Assembly: GCA_964016885.1 (NCBI GenBank)
Contig: OZ024741.1
Span: forward strand, 237,832,001-237,896,000
Reading direction: 5' to 3'
DNA from: Eledone cirrhosa
Lineage: Eukaryota
Length of the DNA stretch: 64,000 bases
Shown here: positions 26,701 to 41,700 of the stretch, piece after piece
Position numbering within the stretch: position 1 is the first letter of the stretch
Layout of the letters: each line of letters opens with the position of its first letter
The notes under the pieces: model-generated
What the model saw: the letters and a program-made list of their open reading frames with translations, nothing else
The model's database searches: none
Told to the model about the DNA's origin: nothing
Program-made: the position numbers and the translations under genes

Positions 26701-29700
26701 GGTATGGATGGTTGAGATGGTGTTGTGGTTGGCCTGGATGGTGGTGATGGTATTGTTGGTATGGATGGTGGTGATGGTATTGTTGGTATGGATGGTGATG
26801 ATGGTATTGTTGGTATGCATGGTGGTGATGTTATTGTTGGTATGGATGGTTGTGATGGTATTGTTGGTATGGATGGTAGTGATGGTATTGTTGGTATGGA
26901 TGGTAGTGATGGTATTGTTGGTATGGATGGTGGTGATGGTATTGTTGGTATGGATGGTTGTGATGGTATTGTTGGTATGGATGGTAGTGATGGTATTGTT
27001 GGTATGGATGGTGGTGATGTTATTGTTGGTATGGATGGTGGTGATGGTATTGTTGGTATGCATGGTGGTGATGGTATTGTTGGTATGGATGATGGTGATG
27101 GTATTGTTGGTATGGATGATGGTGATGGTATTGTTGGTATGGATGGTAGTGATGGTATTGTTGGTATGGATGGTGGTGATGGTATTGTTGGTATGGATGG
27201 TGGTGATGGTATTGTTGGTATGGATGGTGGTGATGGTATTGTTGGTATGCATGGTGGTGATGGTATTGTTGGTATGGATGGTAGTGATGGTATTGTTGGT
27301 ATGGATGGTAGTGATGGTATTGTTGGTATGGATGATGGTGATGGTATTGTTGGTATGGATGGTGGTGATGGTATTGTTGGTATGGATGGTGGCGATGGTA
27401 TTGTTGGTATGGATGGTGGTGATGTTATTGTTGGTATGGATGGTTGTGATGGTATTGTTGGTATGGATGGTAGTGATGGTATTGTTGGTATGGATGGTGG
27501 CGATGGTATTGTTGGTATGGATGATGGTGATGGTATTGTTGGTATGGATGGTAGTAATGGTATTGTTGTTATGGATGGTGGTGATGGTAGGTAGTATTGT
27601 TGGTATGGATGGTGGTGATGGTATTGTTGGTATGGATGGTAGTGAAGGTATTGTTGGTATGGATGGTGGTGAAGGTATTGTTGGTATGGATGGTGGTGAT
27701 GGTATTGTTGGTATGGATGGTGGTGATGGTATTGTTGGTATGGATGATGGTGATGGTATTGTTGGTATGGATGGTGGTGATGGTATTGTTGGTATGGATG
27801 ATGGTGATGGTATTGTTGGTATGGATGGTGGTGATGGTATTGTTGGTATGCATGGTGGTGATGGTATTGTTGGTATGGATGGTGGTGATGGTATTGTTGG
27901 TATGGATGGTGGTGATGGTATTGTTGGTATGGATGGTGGTGATGTTATTGTTGGTATGGATGGTGGTGATGGTATTGTTGGTATGGATGATGGTGATGGT
28001 ATTGTTGGTATGGATGGTGGCGATAGTATTGTTGGTATGGATGGTGGTGATGGTATTGTTGGTATGGATGGTGGTGATGGTATTGTTGGTATAGATGGTA
28101 GTGATGGTATTATTGGTATGGATGGTGGTGATGGTATTGTTGGTATAGATGGTAGTGATGGTATTATTGGTATGGATGGTGGTGATGGTATTGTTGGTAT
28201 AGATGGTAGTGATGGTATTATTGGTATGGATGGTGGTGATGGTATTGTTGTTATGGATGGTGGTGATGGTAGGTAGTATTGTTGGTATGGATGGTGGTGA
28301 TGGTATTGTTGTTATGGATGGTGGTGATGGTAGGTAGTATTGTTGGTATGGATGGTGGTGATGGTATTTTTGGTATGGATGGTGGTGATGGTATTGTTGG
28401 TATGGATGGTTGAGATGGTGTTGTGGTTGGTCTTGATGGTGGCGATGGTATAGTTGGTATGGATGGTGGTGATGGTATTGTTGGTATGGATGGTGGTGAT
28501 GGTATTGTTGGTAAGGGTGGTGGTGATGGTATTGTTGGTAAGGGTGGTGGTGATGGTATTGTTGGTATGGGTGAAGGTGATGGTATTGTTGGTATGGATG
28601 GTGGTGATGGTATTGTTGGTATGGATGGTATTGTTGGTATGGATGGTGGTGATGGTATTGTTGGTAAGGGTGGTGGTGATGGTATTGTTGGTATGGGTGA
28701 AGGTGATGGTATTGTTGGTATGGATGGTGGTGATGGTATTGTTGGTATGGATTGTATTGTTGGTATGGATGGTGGTGATGGTATTGTTGGTAAGGGTGGT
28801 GGTGATGGTATTGTTGGTATGGATGAAGGTGATGGTATTGTTGGTATGGATGGTGGTGATGGTATTGTTGGTATGGATGGTTTTGATGGTATTGTTGGTA
28901 TGGATGGTGGTGATGGTATTGTTGGTATGGATGGTTGTGATGGTATTGTTGGTATGCATGGTGGTGATGGTATTGTTAGTATGGATGGTAGTGATGGTAT
29001 TGTTGGTATGGATGGTGGCGATGGTATTGTTGGTATGGATGGTGGTGATGGTATTGTTGGTATAGATGGTGGTGATGGTAGGTAGTATTGTTGGTATGGA
29101 TGGTGGTGATGGTATTTTTGGTATGGATGGTGGTGATGTTATTGTTGGTATGGATGGTGGTGATGGTATTGTTGGTATGGATGGTGGTGATGGTATTTTT
29201 GGTATGGATGGTGGTGATGTTATTGTTGGTATGGATGGTGGTGATGGTATTGTTGGTATGGATGGTGGTGATGGTATTGTTGGTATGCATGGTGGTGATG
29301 TTATTGTTGGTATGGATGGTTGAGATGGTATTGTTGGTATGGATGGTGGTGATGGTATTGTTGGTATGGATGGTGGTGATGGTGTTGTTGGTATGGATGG
29401 TGGTGATGGTATTGTTGGTATGGATGGTGGTGATGGTATTGTTGGTATGGATGGTGGTGATGGTATTGTTGGTATGCATGGTGGTGATGGTATTGTTGGT
29501 ATGGATGGTTGAGATGGTATTGTTGGTATGGATGGTGGTGATGGTATTGTTGGTATGGATGGTGGTGATGGTATTGTTGGTATGGATGGTGGTGATGGTA
29601 TTGTTGGTATGCATGGTGGTGATGGTATTGTTGGTATGGATGGTTGAGATGGTATTGTTGGTATGGATGGTGGTGATGGTATTGTTGGTATGGATGGTGG

Positions 29701-32700
29701 TGATGGTGTTGTTGGTATGGATGGTGGTGATGGTATTGTTGGTATGGATGGTGGTGATGGTATTGTTGGTATGGATGGTGGTGATGGTATTGTTGGTATG
29801 CATGGTGGTGATGGTATTGTTGGTATGGATGGTTGAGATGGTATTGTTGGTATGGATGGTGGTGATGGTATTGTTGGTATGGATGGTGGTGATGGTGTTG
29901 TTGGTATGGATGGTGGTGATGGTATTGTTGGTATGGATGGTGGTGATGGTATTGTCGTTAGGGATGGCGGTGATGGTATTGTTGGTAAGGGTGGTGGTGA
30001 TGGTATTGTTGGTATGGGTGAAGGTGATGGTATAGTTGGTATGGATGGTGGTGATGGTATTGTTGGTATGGATGGTGGAGATGGTATTGTTGGTATGGAT
30101 GGTGGTGATGGTATTGTTGGTATGCATGGTGGTGATGTTATTGTTGGTATGGATGGTTGTGATGGTATTGTTGGTATGGATGGTAGTGATGGTATTGTTG
30201 GTATGCATGGTGGTGATGTTATTGTTGGTATGGATGGTTATGATGGTATTGTTGGTATGGATGGTAGTGATGGTATTGTTGGTATGCATGGTGGTGATGG
30301 TATTGTTGGTATGGATGATGGTGATGGTATTGTTGGTATGGATGATGGTGATGGTATTGTTGGTATGGATGGTGGTGATGGTATTTTTGGTATGGATGAT
30401 GGTGATGGTATTGTTGGTATGGATGGTGGTGATGGTATTGTTGGTATGGATGGTGGTGATAGTATTGTTGGTATGGATGGTGGTGATGGTATTGTTGGTA
30501 TGGATGATGGTGATGGTATTGTTGGTATGTATGATGGTGATGGTATTGTTGGTATGGATGGTGGTGATGGTATTGTTGGTATGGATGGTGGTGATGGTAT
30601 TGTTGGTATGGATGGTTGTGATGGTATTGTTGGTATGCATGTTTGTGATGGTATTGTTAGTATGGATGGTAGTGATGGTATTGTTGGTATAGATGGTGAA
30701 GACGGTATTGTTGGTATGGATGGTGGTAATGGTATTGTTGGTATGGATGGTGGTGATGGTATTGTTGGTATAGATGGTGGTGATGGTAGGTAGTATTGTT
30801 GGTATGGATGGTGGTGATGGTATTTTTGGTATGGATGGTGGTGATGTTATTGTTGGTATGGATGGTGGTGATGGTATTGTTGGTATGGATGGTGGTGATG
30901 GTATTTTTGGTATGGATGGTGGTGATGTTATTGTTGGTATGGATGGTGGTGATGGTATTGTTGGTATGGATGGTGGTGATGATATTGTTGGTATGGATGG
31001 TGGTGATGGTATTGTTGGTATGCATGGTGGTGATGTTATTGTTGGTATGGATGGTTGAGATGGTATTGTTGGTATGGATGGTGGTGATGGTATTGTTGGT
31101 ATGGATGGTGGTGATGGTGTTGTTGGTATGGATGGTGGTGATGGTATTGTTGGTATGGATGGTGGTGATGGTATTGTTGGTATGGATGGTGGTGATGGTA
31201 TTGTTGGTATGCATGGTGGTGATGGTATTGTTGGTATGGATGGTTGAGATGGTATTGTTGGTATGGATGGTGGTGATGGTATTGTTGGTATGGATGGTGG
31301 TGATGGTATTGTTGGTATGGATGGTGGTGATGGTATTGTTGGTATGCATGGTGGTGATGGTATTGTTGGTATGGATGGTTGAGATGGTATTGTTGGTATG
31401 GATGGTGGTGATGGTATTGTTGGTATGGATGGTGGTGATGGTGTTGTTGGTATGGATGGTGGTGATGGTATTGTTGGTATGGATGGTGGTGATGGTATTG
31501 TTGGTATGGATGGTGGTGATGGTATTGTTGGTATGCATGGTGGTGATGGTATTGTTGGTATGGATGGTTGAGATGGTATTGTTGGTATGGATGGTGGTGA
31601 TGGTATTGTTGGTATGGATGGTGGTGATGGTGTTGTTGGTATGGATGGTGGTGATGGTATTGTTGGTATGGATGGTGGTGATGGTATTGTCGTTAGGGAT
31701 GGCGGTGATGGTATTGTTGGTAAGGGTGGTGGTGATGGTATTGTTGGTATGGGTGAAGGTGATGGTATAGTTGGTATGGATGGTGGTGATGGTATTGTTG
31801 GTATGGATGGTGGCGATGGTATTGTTGGTATGGATGGTGGTGATGGTATTGTTGGTATGCATGGTGGTGATGTTATTGTTGGTATGGATGGTTGTGATGG
31901 TATTGTTGGTATGGATGGTAGTGATGGTATTGTTGGTATGCATGGTGGTGATGTTATTGTTGGTATGGATGGTTATGATGGTATTGTTGGTATGGATGGT
32001 AGTGATGGTATTGTTGGTATGCATGGTGGTGATGGTATTGTTGGTATGGATGATGGTGATGGTATTGTTGGTATGGATGATGGTGATGGTATTGTTGGTA
32101 TGGATGGTGGTGATGGTATTTTTGGTATGGATGATGGTGATGGTATTGTTGGTATGGATGGTGGTGATGGTATTGTTGGTATGGATGGTGGTGATAGTAT
32201 TGTTGGTATGGATGGTGGTGATGGTATTGTTGGTATGGATGATGGTGATGGTATTGTTGGTATGTATGATGGTGATGGTATTGTTGGTATGGATGGTGGT
32301 GATGGTATTGTTGGTATGGATGGTGGTGATGGTATTGTTGGTATGGATGGTTGTGATGGTATTGTTGGTATGCATGTTTGTGATGGTATTGTTAGTATGG
32401 ATGGTAGTGATGGTATTGTTGGTATAGATGGTGAAGACGGTATTGTTGGTATGGATGGTGGTAATGGTATTGTTGGTATGGATGGTGGTGATGGTATTTT
32501 TGGTATGGATGGTGGTGATGTTATTGTTGGTATGGATGGTGGTGATGGTATTGTTGGTATGGATGATGGTGATGGTATTGTTGGTATGGATGGTGGTGAT
32601 GGTATTGTTGGTATGCATGGTGGTGATGGTATTGTTGGTATGGATGGTGGTGATGGTATTGTTGGTATGGATGGTAGTGATGGTATTGTTGGTATGGATG

Positions 32701-35700
32701 GTAGTGATGGTATTGTTGGTATGGATGGTGGTGATGGTATTGTTGGTATGGATGGTAGTAATGGTATTGTTGGTATGGATGGTAGTGATGGTATTGTTGG
32801 TATGGATGGTAGTAATGGTATTGTTGGTTTGGATGGTAGTGATAGTATTGTTGGTATGGATGGTAGTGATGGTATTGTTGGTATGGATAGTGGTGATGGT
32901 ATTGTTGGTATGGATGGTAGTGATGGTATTGTTGGTATGGATGGTGGTGATGGTATTGTTGGTATGGATGGTGGTGATGGTATTGTTGGTATGGATGGTA
33001 GAGATGGTATTGTTGGTATGGATGGTGGTGATGGTATTGTTGGTATAGATGGTGAAGACGGTATTGTTGGTATGGATGGTGGTGATGGTATTGTTGGTAT
33101 GGATGGTGGTTATGGTATTGTTGGTATGGATGGTGGTGATGGTATTGTTGGTATGGATGGTAGTGATGGTATTGTTGGTATGGATGATGGTGATGGTATT
33201 GTTGGTATGGATGGTAGTGATGGTATTGTTGGTATGGATGGTGGTGATGGTATTGTTGGTATGGATGGTGGTGATGGTATTGTTGGTATAGATGGTGAAG
33301 ACGGTATTGTTGGTATGGATGGTGGTGATGGTATTGTTGGTATGGATGGTGGTTATGGTATTGTTGGTATGGATGGTGGTGATGGTATTGTTGGTATGGA
33401 TGGTGGTGATGGTATTGTTGGTATGCATGGTGGTGATGGTATTGTTGGTATGGATGGTGGTGATGGTATTATTGGTATGGATGGTGGTGATGGTATTGTT
33501 GGTATGGATGGTGGTGATGGTATTGTTGGTATGCATGGTGGTGATGGTAGGTAGTATTGTTGGTATGGATGGTGGTGATGGTATTGTTGTTATGGATGGT
33601 GGTGATGGTCGGTAGTATTGTTGGTATGGATGGTGGTGATGGTATTGTTGGTATGGATCGTGGTGATGTTATTGTTGGTATGGATGGTGGTGATGGTATT
33701 GTTGGTATGGATGGTGGTGATGGTATTCTTGGTATGGATGGTGGTGATGATATTGTTGGTATGGATGGTGGTGATGATATTGTTGGTATGGATGGTGGTG
33801 ATGGTATTGTTGGTATGGATGGTGGTGATGGTATTGTTGTTATGGATGGTGGTGATGGTAGGTAGTATTGTTGGTATGGATGGTGGTGATGGTATTGTTG
33901 GTATGGATGGTGGTGATGATATTGTTGGTATGGATGGTGGTGATGGTATTGTTGGTATGGATGGTGGTGATGGTATTGTTGTTATGGATGGTGGTGATGG
34001 TAGGTAGTATTGTTGGTATGGATGGTGGTGATGGTATTTTTCGTATGGATCATGGTGATGTTATTGTTGGTATGGATGGTGGTGATGGTATTGTTGGTAT
34101 GGATGGTGGTGATGGTATTGTTGGTATGGATGGTGGTGATGATATTGTTGGTATGGATGGTGGTGATGGTATTGTTGGTATGGATGGTGGTGATGGTATT
34201 GTTGGTATGGATGGTGGTGATGGTATTGTTGTTATGGATGGTGGTGATGGTAGGTAGTATTGTTGGTATGGATGGTGGTGATGGTATTTTTCGTATGGAT
34301 CGTGGTGATGTTATTGTTGGTATGGATGGTGGTGATGGTATTGTTGGTATGGATGGTGGTGATGGTATTGTTGGTATGGATGGTGGTGATGATATTGTTG
34401 GTATGGATGGTGGTGATGGTATTGTTGGTATGGATGGTTGTGATGGTATTGTTGGTATGGATGGTGGTGATGGTATTGTTGGTATGGATGGTGGTGATGG
34501 TATTGTTGGTATGGATGGTGGTGATGGTATTGTTGTTATGGATGGTGGTGATGGTAGGTAGTATTGTTGGTATGGATGGTGGTGATGGTATTTTTCGTAT
34601 GGATCGTGGTGATGTTATTGTTGGTATGGATGGTGGTGATGGTATTGTTGGTATGGATGGTGGTGATGGTATTGTTGGTATGGATGGTGGTGATGATATT
34701 GTTGGTATGGATGGTGGTGATGGTATTGTTGGTATGGATGGTTGAGATGGTGTTGTGGTTGGTCTGGATGGTGGTGATGGTATAGTTGGTATGGATGGTG
34801 GCGATGGTATTGTTGGTATGGATGGTGGTGATGGTATTGTTGGTAAGGGTGGTGGTGATGGTATTGTTGGTATGGGTGAAGGTGATGGTATTGTTGGTAT
34901 GGATGGTGGTGATGGTATTATTGGTATGGATGGTATTGTTGGTATGGATGGTGGTGATGGTATTGTTGGTAAGGGTGGTGGTGATGGTATTGTTGGTATA
35001 GATGAAGGTGATGGTATTGTTGGTATGGATGGTGGTGATGGTATTGTTGGTATGGATGGTTGTGATGGTATTGTTGGTATGGATGGTTGTGATGGTATTT
35101 TTGGTATGGATGATGGTGATGTTATTGTTGGTATGGATGGTTGTGATCGTATTGTTGGTATGGATGGTAGTGATGGTAGTGATGGTATTGTTGGTATGGA
35201 TGGTGGTGATAGTATTGTTGGTATGGATGGTGGTGATGGTATTGTTGGTATGGATGGTGGTGATGGTATTGTTGGTATGGATGGTTGTGATGGTATTGTT
35301 GGTATGGATGGTAGTGATGGTAGTGATGGTATTGTTGGTATGGATGATGGTGATGGTATTGTTGGTATGGATGGTGGTGATGGTATTGTTGGTATGGATG
35401 GTGGTGATGGTATTGTTGGTATGGATGGTGGTGATGGTAGTGATGGTATTGTTGGTATGGATGGTGGTGATGGTATTGTTGGTATGGATGGTGGTGATGG
35501 TATTGTTGGTATGGATGGTGGTGATGGTATTGTTGGTATGGATGGTAGTGATGGTAGTGATGGTATTGTTGGTATGGATGGTGGTGATGGTATTGTTGGT
35601 ATGGATGGTGGTGATGGTATTGTTGGTATGGATGGTGGTGATGGTATTGTTGGTATGGATGGTAGTGATGGTATTGTTGGTATGGATGGTGGCAATGGTA

Positions 35701-38700
35701 TTGTTGGTATGGATGGTGGTGATGTTATTGTTGGTATGGATGGTGGTGATGGTATTGTTGGTATGCCTGGTGGTGATGGTATTGTTGGTATGGATGATGG
35801 TGATGGTATTGTTGGTATGGATGGTAGTGATGGTATTGTTGGTATGGATGGTGGTGATAGTATTGTTGGTATGGATGGTGGTGATGGTATTGTTGGTATG
35901 GATGATGGTGATGGTATTGTTGGTATGGATGATGGTGATGGTATTGTTGGTATGGATGGTGGTGATGGTATTGTTGGTATGGATGGTGGTGATGGTATTG
36001 TTGGTATGGATGATGGTGATGGTATTGTTGTTATGGATGATGGGGATGGTATTGTTGGTATGGATGGTGGTGATGGTATTGTTGGTATGGATGGTGGTGA
36101 TGGTATTGTTGGTATGCATGGTGGTGATGGTATTGTTGGTATGCATGGTGGTGATGGTATTGTTGGTATGGATGGTAGTGATGGTATTGTTGGTATGGAT
36201 GGTGGTGATGGTATTGTTGGTATGGATGGTTGTGATGGTATTGTTGGTATGCATGGTGGTGATGGTATTGTTGGTATGGATGGTAGTGATGGTATTGTTG
36301 GTATGGATGGTGGCGATGGTATCGTTGGTATGGATGGTGGTGATGGTATTGTTGGTATAGATGGTGAAGACGGTATTGTTGGTTTGGATGGTGGTAATGG
36401 TATTGTTGTTATGGATGGTGGTGATGGTAGGTAGTATTGTTGGTATGGATGGTGGTGATGGTATTTTTGGTATGGATGGTGGTGATGTTATTGTTGGTAT
36501 GGATGGTGGTGATGGTATTGTTGGTATGGATGGTGGTGATGGTATTGTTGGTATGGATGGTGGTGATGATATTGTTGGTATGGATGGTGGTGATGGTATT
36601 GTTGGTATGGATGGTTGAGATGGTGTTGTGGTTGGCCTGGATGGTGGTGATGGTATAGTTGGTATGGATGGTGGCGATTGTATTGTCGGTATGGATGGTG
36701 GTGATGGTATTGTCGGTATGGGTGAAGGTGATGGTATAGTTGGTATGGATGGTGGTGATGGTATTGTTAGGTATGGATGGTGGCGATGGTATTGTTGGTA
36801 TGGATGGTGGTGATGGTATTGTTGGTATGCATGGTGGTGATGTTATTGTTGGTATGGATGGTTGTGATGGTATTGTTGGTATGGATGGTAGTGATGGTAT
36901 TGTTGGTATGCATGGTGGTGTTGTTATTGTTGGTATGGATGGTTGTGATGCTATTGTTGGTATGGATGGTAGTGATGTTTGTGATGGTATTGTTGGTATG
37001 GATGGTAGTGATGGTATTGTTGGTATGGATGGTGGTGATGTTATTGTTGGTATGGATGGTGGTGATGTTATTGTTGGTATGGATGGTGGTGATGGTATTG
37101 TTGGTATGGATGGTGGTGATAGTATTGTTGGTATGCATGGTGGTGATGTTATTGTTGGTATGGATGGTAGTGATGTTTGTGATGGTATTGTTGGTATGGA
37201 TGGTAGTGATGGTATTGTTGGTATGGATGGTGGTGATAGTATTGTTGGTATGGATGATGGTGATGGTATTGTTGGTATGGATGGTGGTGATGGTATTGTT
37301 GGTATGGATGGTGGTGATGGTATTGTTGGTATGGATGGTAGTAATGGTATTGTTGGTATGGATGGTAGTGATGGTATTGTTGGTATGGATGGTGGTGATG
37401 GTATTGTTGGTATGGATGGTGGTGATGGTATTGTTGGTATGGATGGTAGTAATGGTATTGTTGGTATGGATGGTAGTGATGGTATTGTTGGTATGGATGG
37501 TGGTGATGGTATTGTTGGTATGGATGGTGGTGATGGTATTGTTGGTATGGATGGTGGTGATGGTATTGTTGGTATGGATGGTGGTGATGGTATTGTTGGT
37601 ATGGATGTTGGTGATGGTATTGTTGGTATGGATGGTAGTGATGGTATTGTTGGTATGGATGGTGGTGATAGTATTGTTGGTATGGATGATGGTGATGGTA
37701 TTTTTGGTATGGATGGTGGTGAAGGTATTGTTTGTATGGATGGTAGTGATGGTATTGTTGGTATGGATGGTTGTGATGGTATTGTTGGTATGGATGGTTG
37801 TGATGGTATTGTTGGTATGGATGGTGGTGATGGTATTGTTGGTATGGATGGTGGTGATGGTATTGTTGGTATGGATGGTTGTGATGGTATTGTTGGTATG
37901 GATGGTGGTGAAGGTATTGTTGGTATGGATGGTGGTGATGGTATTGTTGGTATGCATGGTGGTGATGGTATTGTTGGTATGGATGGTGGTGATGGTATTG
38001 TTGGTATGGATGGTGGTGATGGTATTGTTGGTATGGATGGTGGTGATGGTATTGTTGGTATGGATGGTAGTGATGGTATTGTTGGTATGGATGGTAGTGA
38101 TGGTATTGTTGGTATGGATGGTGGTGATGGTATTGTTGGTATGCATGGTGGTGATGGTATTGTTGGTATGGATGGTGGTGATGGTATTGTTGGTATGGAT
38201 GGTGGTGATGGTATTGTTGGTATGGATGATGGTGATGGTATTGTTGGTATGGATGGTGGTGATGGTATTGTTGGTATGGATGATGGTGATGGTATCGTTG
38301 GTATAGATGGTGGTGATGGTATTGTTGGTATGGATGTTAGGGATGGTATTGTTGGTATGGATGGTAGTGATGGTATTGTTGGTATGGATGGTGGTGATGG
38401 TATTGTTGGTATGCATGGTGGTGATGGTATTGTTGGTATGGATGGTGGTGATGGTATTGTTGGTATGGATGGTAGTGATGGTATTGTTGGTATGGATGGT
38501 GGTGATGGTATTGTTGGTATGGATGATGGTGATGGTATTGTTGGTATGGATGGTGGTGATGGTATTGTTGGTATGGATGGTGGTGATGGTATTGTTGGTA
38601 TGGATGATGGTGATGGTATTGTTGGTATGGATGGTGGTGATGGTATTGTTGGTATGGATGGTGGTGATGGTATTGTTGGTATGGATGATGGTGATGGTAT

Positions 38701-41700
38701 TGTTGGTATGGATGATGGTGATGGTATTGTTGGTATGGATGGTGGTGATGGTATTGTTGGTATGGATGATGGTGATGGTATTGTTGGTATGGATGGTGGT
38801 GATGGTATTGTTGGTATGGATGGTGGTGATGGTATTGTTGGTATGGATGGTAGTGATGCTATTGTTGGTATGGATGGTGGCGATAGTATTGTTGGTATGG
38901 ATGGTGGTGATGTTATTGTTGGTATGGATGGTGGTGATGGTATTGTTGGTATAGATGGTGGTGATGGTATTGTTGGTATGGATGGTGGTGATGGTATTGT
39001 TGGTATGGATGGTTGAGATGGTGTTGTGGTTGGTCTGGATGATGGTGATGGTATTGTTGGTATGGATGGTGGCAATGGTATTGTTGGTATGGATGGTATT
39101 GTTGGTATTGTTGGTATGCAAGGTGGTGATGGTATTGTTGGTATGGATGGTAGTGATGGTATTGTTGGTATGGATGGTGGTGATGGTATTGTTGGTATGG
39201 ATGGTGGTGATGATATTGTTGGTATGGATGGTGGTGATGGTATTGTTGGTATGGATGGTTGAGATGGTGTTGTGGTTGGTCTGGATGATGGTGATGGTAT
39301 TGTTGGTATGGATGGTGGCAATGGTATTGTTGGTAAGGGTGGTGGTGATGTTATTGTTGGTATGGGTGAAGGTGATGGTATTGTTGGTATGAATGGTGGT
39401 GATGGTATTGTTGGTATGGATGGTATTGTTGGTATTGTTGGTATGCAAGGTGGTGATGGTATTGTTGGTATGGATGGTAGTGATGGTATTGTTGGTATGG
39501 ATGGTGGTGATGGTATTGTTGGTATGGATGGTAGTGATGGTATTGTTGGTATGGATGGTGGTGATGGTATTGTTGGTATGGATGGTAGTGATGGTATTGT
39601 TGGTATGGATGGTAGTGATGGTATTGTTGGTATGCAAGGTGGTGATGGTATTGTTGGTATGGATGGTAGTGATGGTATTGTTGGTATGGATGGTGGTGAT
39701 GGTATTGTTGGTATGGATGGTGGTGATGGTATTGTTGGTATGGATGGTAGTGATGGTATTGTTGGTATGGATGGTAGTGATGGTATTGTTGGTATGCAAG
39801 GTGGTGATGGTATTGTTGGTATGGATGGTGGTGATGGTATTGTTGGTATGGATGGTTATGATGGTATTGTTGGTATGGATGGTGGTGATGGTATTGTTGG
39901 TATGGATGGTGGTGATGGTATTGTTGGTATGGATGGTGGTGATGGTATTGTTGTTATGGATGGTGGTGATGGTAGGTAGTATTGTTGGTATGGATGGTGG
40001 TGATGGTATTGTTGGTATGGATGGTGGTGATGGTATTGTTGGTATGCATGGTGGTGATGGTATTGTTGGTATGGATGGTTGAGATGGTGTTGTGGTTGGT
40101 CTGGATGGTGGGGATGGTATAGTTGGTATGGATGGTGGCGATGGTATTGTTGGTATGGATGGTGGTGATGGTAGTGATGGTATGGATGATGGTGATGGTA
40201 TTGTTGGTATGGATGGTGGTGATGGTATTGTTGGTATGGATGGTGGTGATGGTATTGTTGGTATGGATGGTGGTGATAGTATTGATGGTATGGATGGTGG
40301 TGATGGTATTGTTGGTATGGATGATGGTGATGGTATTGTTGGTATGGATGGTGGTGATGGTATTGTTGGTATGCATGGTGGTGATGTTATTGTTGGTATG
40401 GATGGTGGTTATGGTATTGTTGGTATGGATGGTGGTGATGGTATTGTTGGTATGGATGATGGTGATGGTATTGTTGGTATGGATGGTTGTGATGGTAGGT
40501 AGCATTGTTGGTATGGATGGTGGTGATGGTATTGTTGTTATGGATGGTGGTGATGGTAGGTAGTATTGTTGGTGTAGATGGTGAAGACGGTATTGTTGGT
40601 ATGGATGGTGGTGATGGTATTGTTGTTATGGATGGTGGTGATGGTAGGTAGTATTGTTGGTATGGATGGTGGTGATGATATTGTTGGTATGGATGGTGGT
40701 GATGGTATTGTTGGTATGGATGGTTGAGATGGTGTTGTGGTTGGTCTGGATGGTGGTGATGGTATTGTTGGTATGGATGGTGGTGATGGTATTGTTGGTA
40801 AGGGTGGTGGTGATGGTATTGTTGGTATGGATGGTGGTGATGGTATTGTTGGTATGGATGGTTGAGATGGTGTTGTGGTTGGTCTGGATGGTGGTGATGG
40901 TATTGTTGGTATGGATGGTGGTGATGGTATTGTTGGTAAGGGTGGTGGTGATGGTATTGTTGGTATGGATGGTGGTGATGGTATTGTTGGTATGGATGGT
41001 ATTGTTGGTATGGATGGTGGCGATGGTATTGTTGGTATGGATGGTGGTGATGGTATTGTTGGTATGGATGGTGGTGATGTTATTGTTAGTATGGGTGAAG
41101 GTGATGGTATTGTTGGTATGGATGGTGGTGATGGTATTGTTGGTATGGATGGTATTGTTGGTATGGATGGTGGCGATGGTATTGTTGGTATGGATGGTGG
41201 TGATGTTATTGTTGGTATGGATGGTGGTGATGGTATTATTGGTATGGATGGTATTGTTGGTATGGATGGTGGTGATGGTATTGTTGGTAAGGGTGGTGGT
41301 GATGGTATTGTTGGTATGGATGAAGGTGATGGTATTGTTGGTATGGATGGTGGTGATGGTATTATTGGTATGGATGGTATTGTTGGTATGGATGGTGGTG
41401 ATGGTATTGTTGGTAAGGGTGGTGGTGATGGTATTGTTGGTATGGATGAAGGTGATGGTATTGTTGGTATGGATGGTGGTGATGGTATTGTTGGTATGGA
41501 TGGTTGTGATGGTATTGTTGGTATGGATGGTTGTGATGGTATTTTTGGTATGGATGATGGTGATGTTATTGTTGGTATGGATGGTGGTGATGGTATTGTT
41601 GGTATGGATGGTGGTGATGGTAGTGATGGTATTGTTGGTATGGATGGTGGTGATAGTATTGTTGGTATGGATGATGGTGATGGTATTGTTGGTATGGATG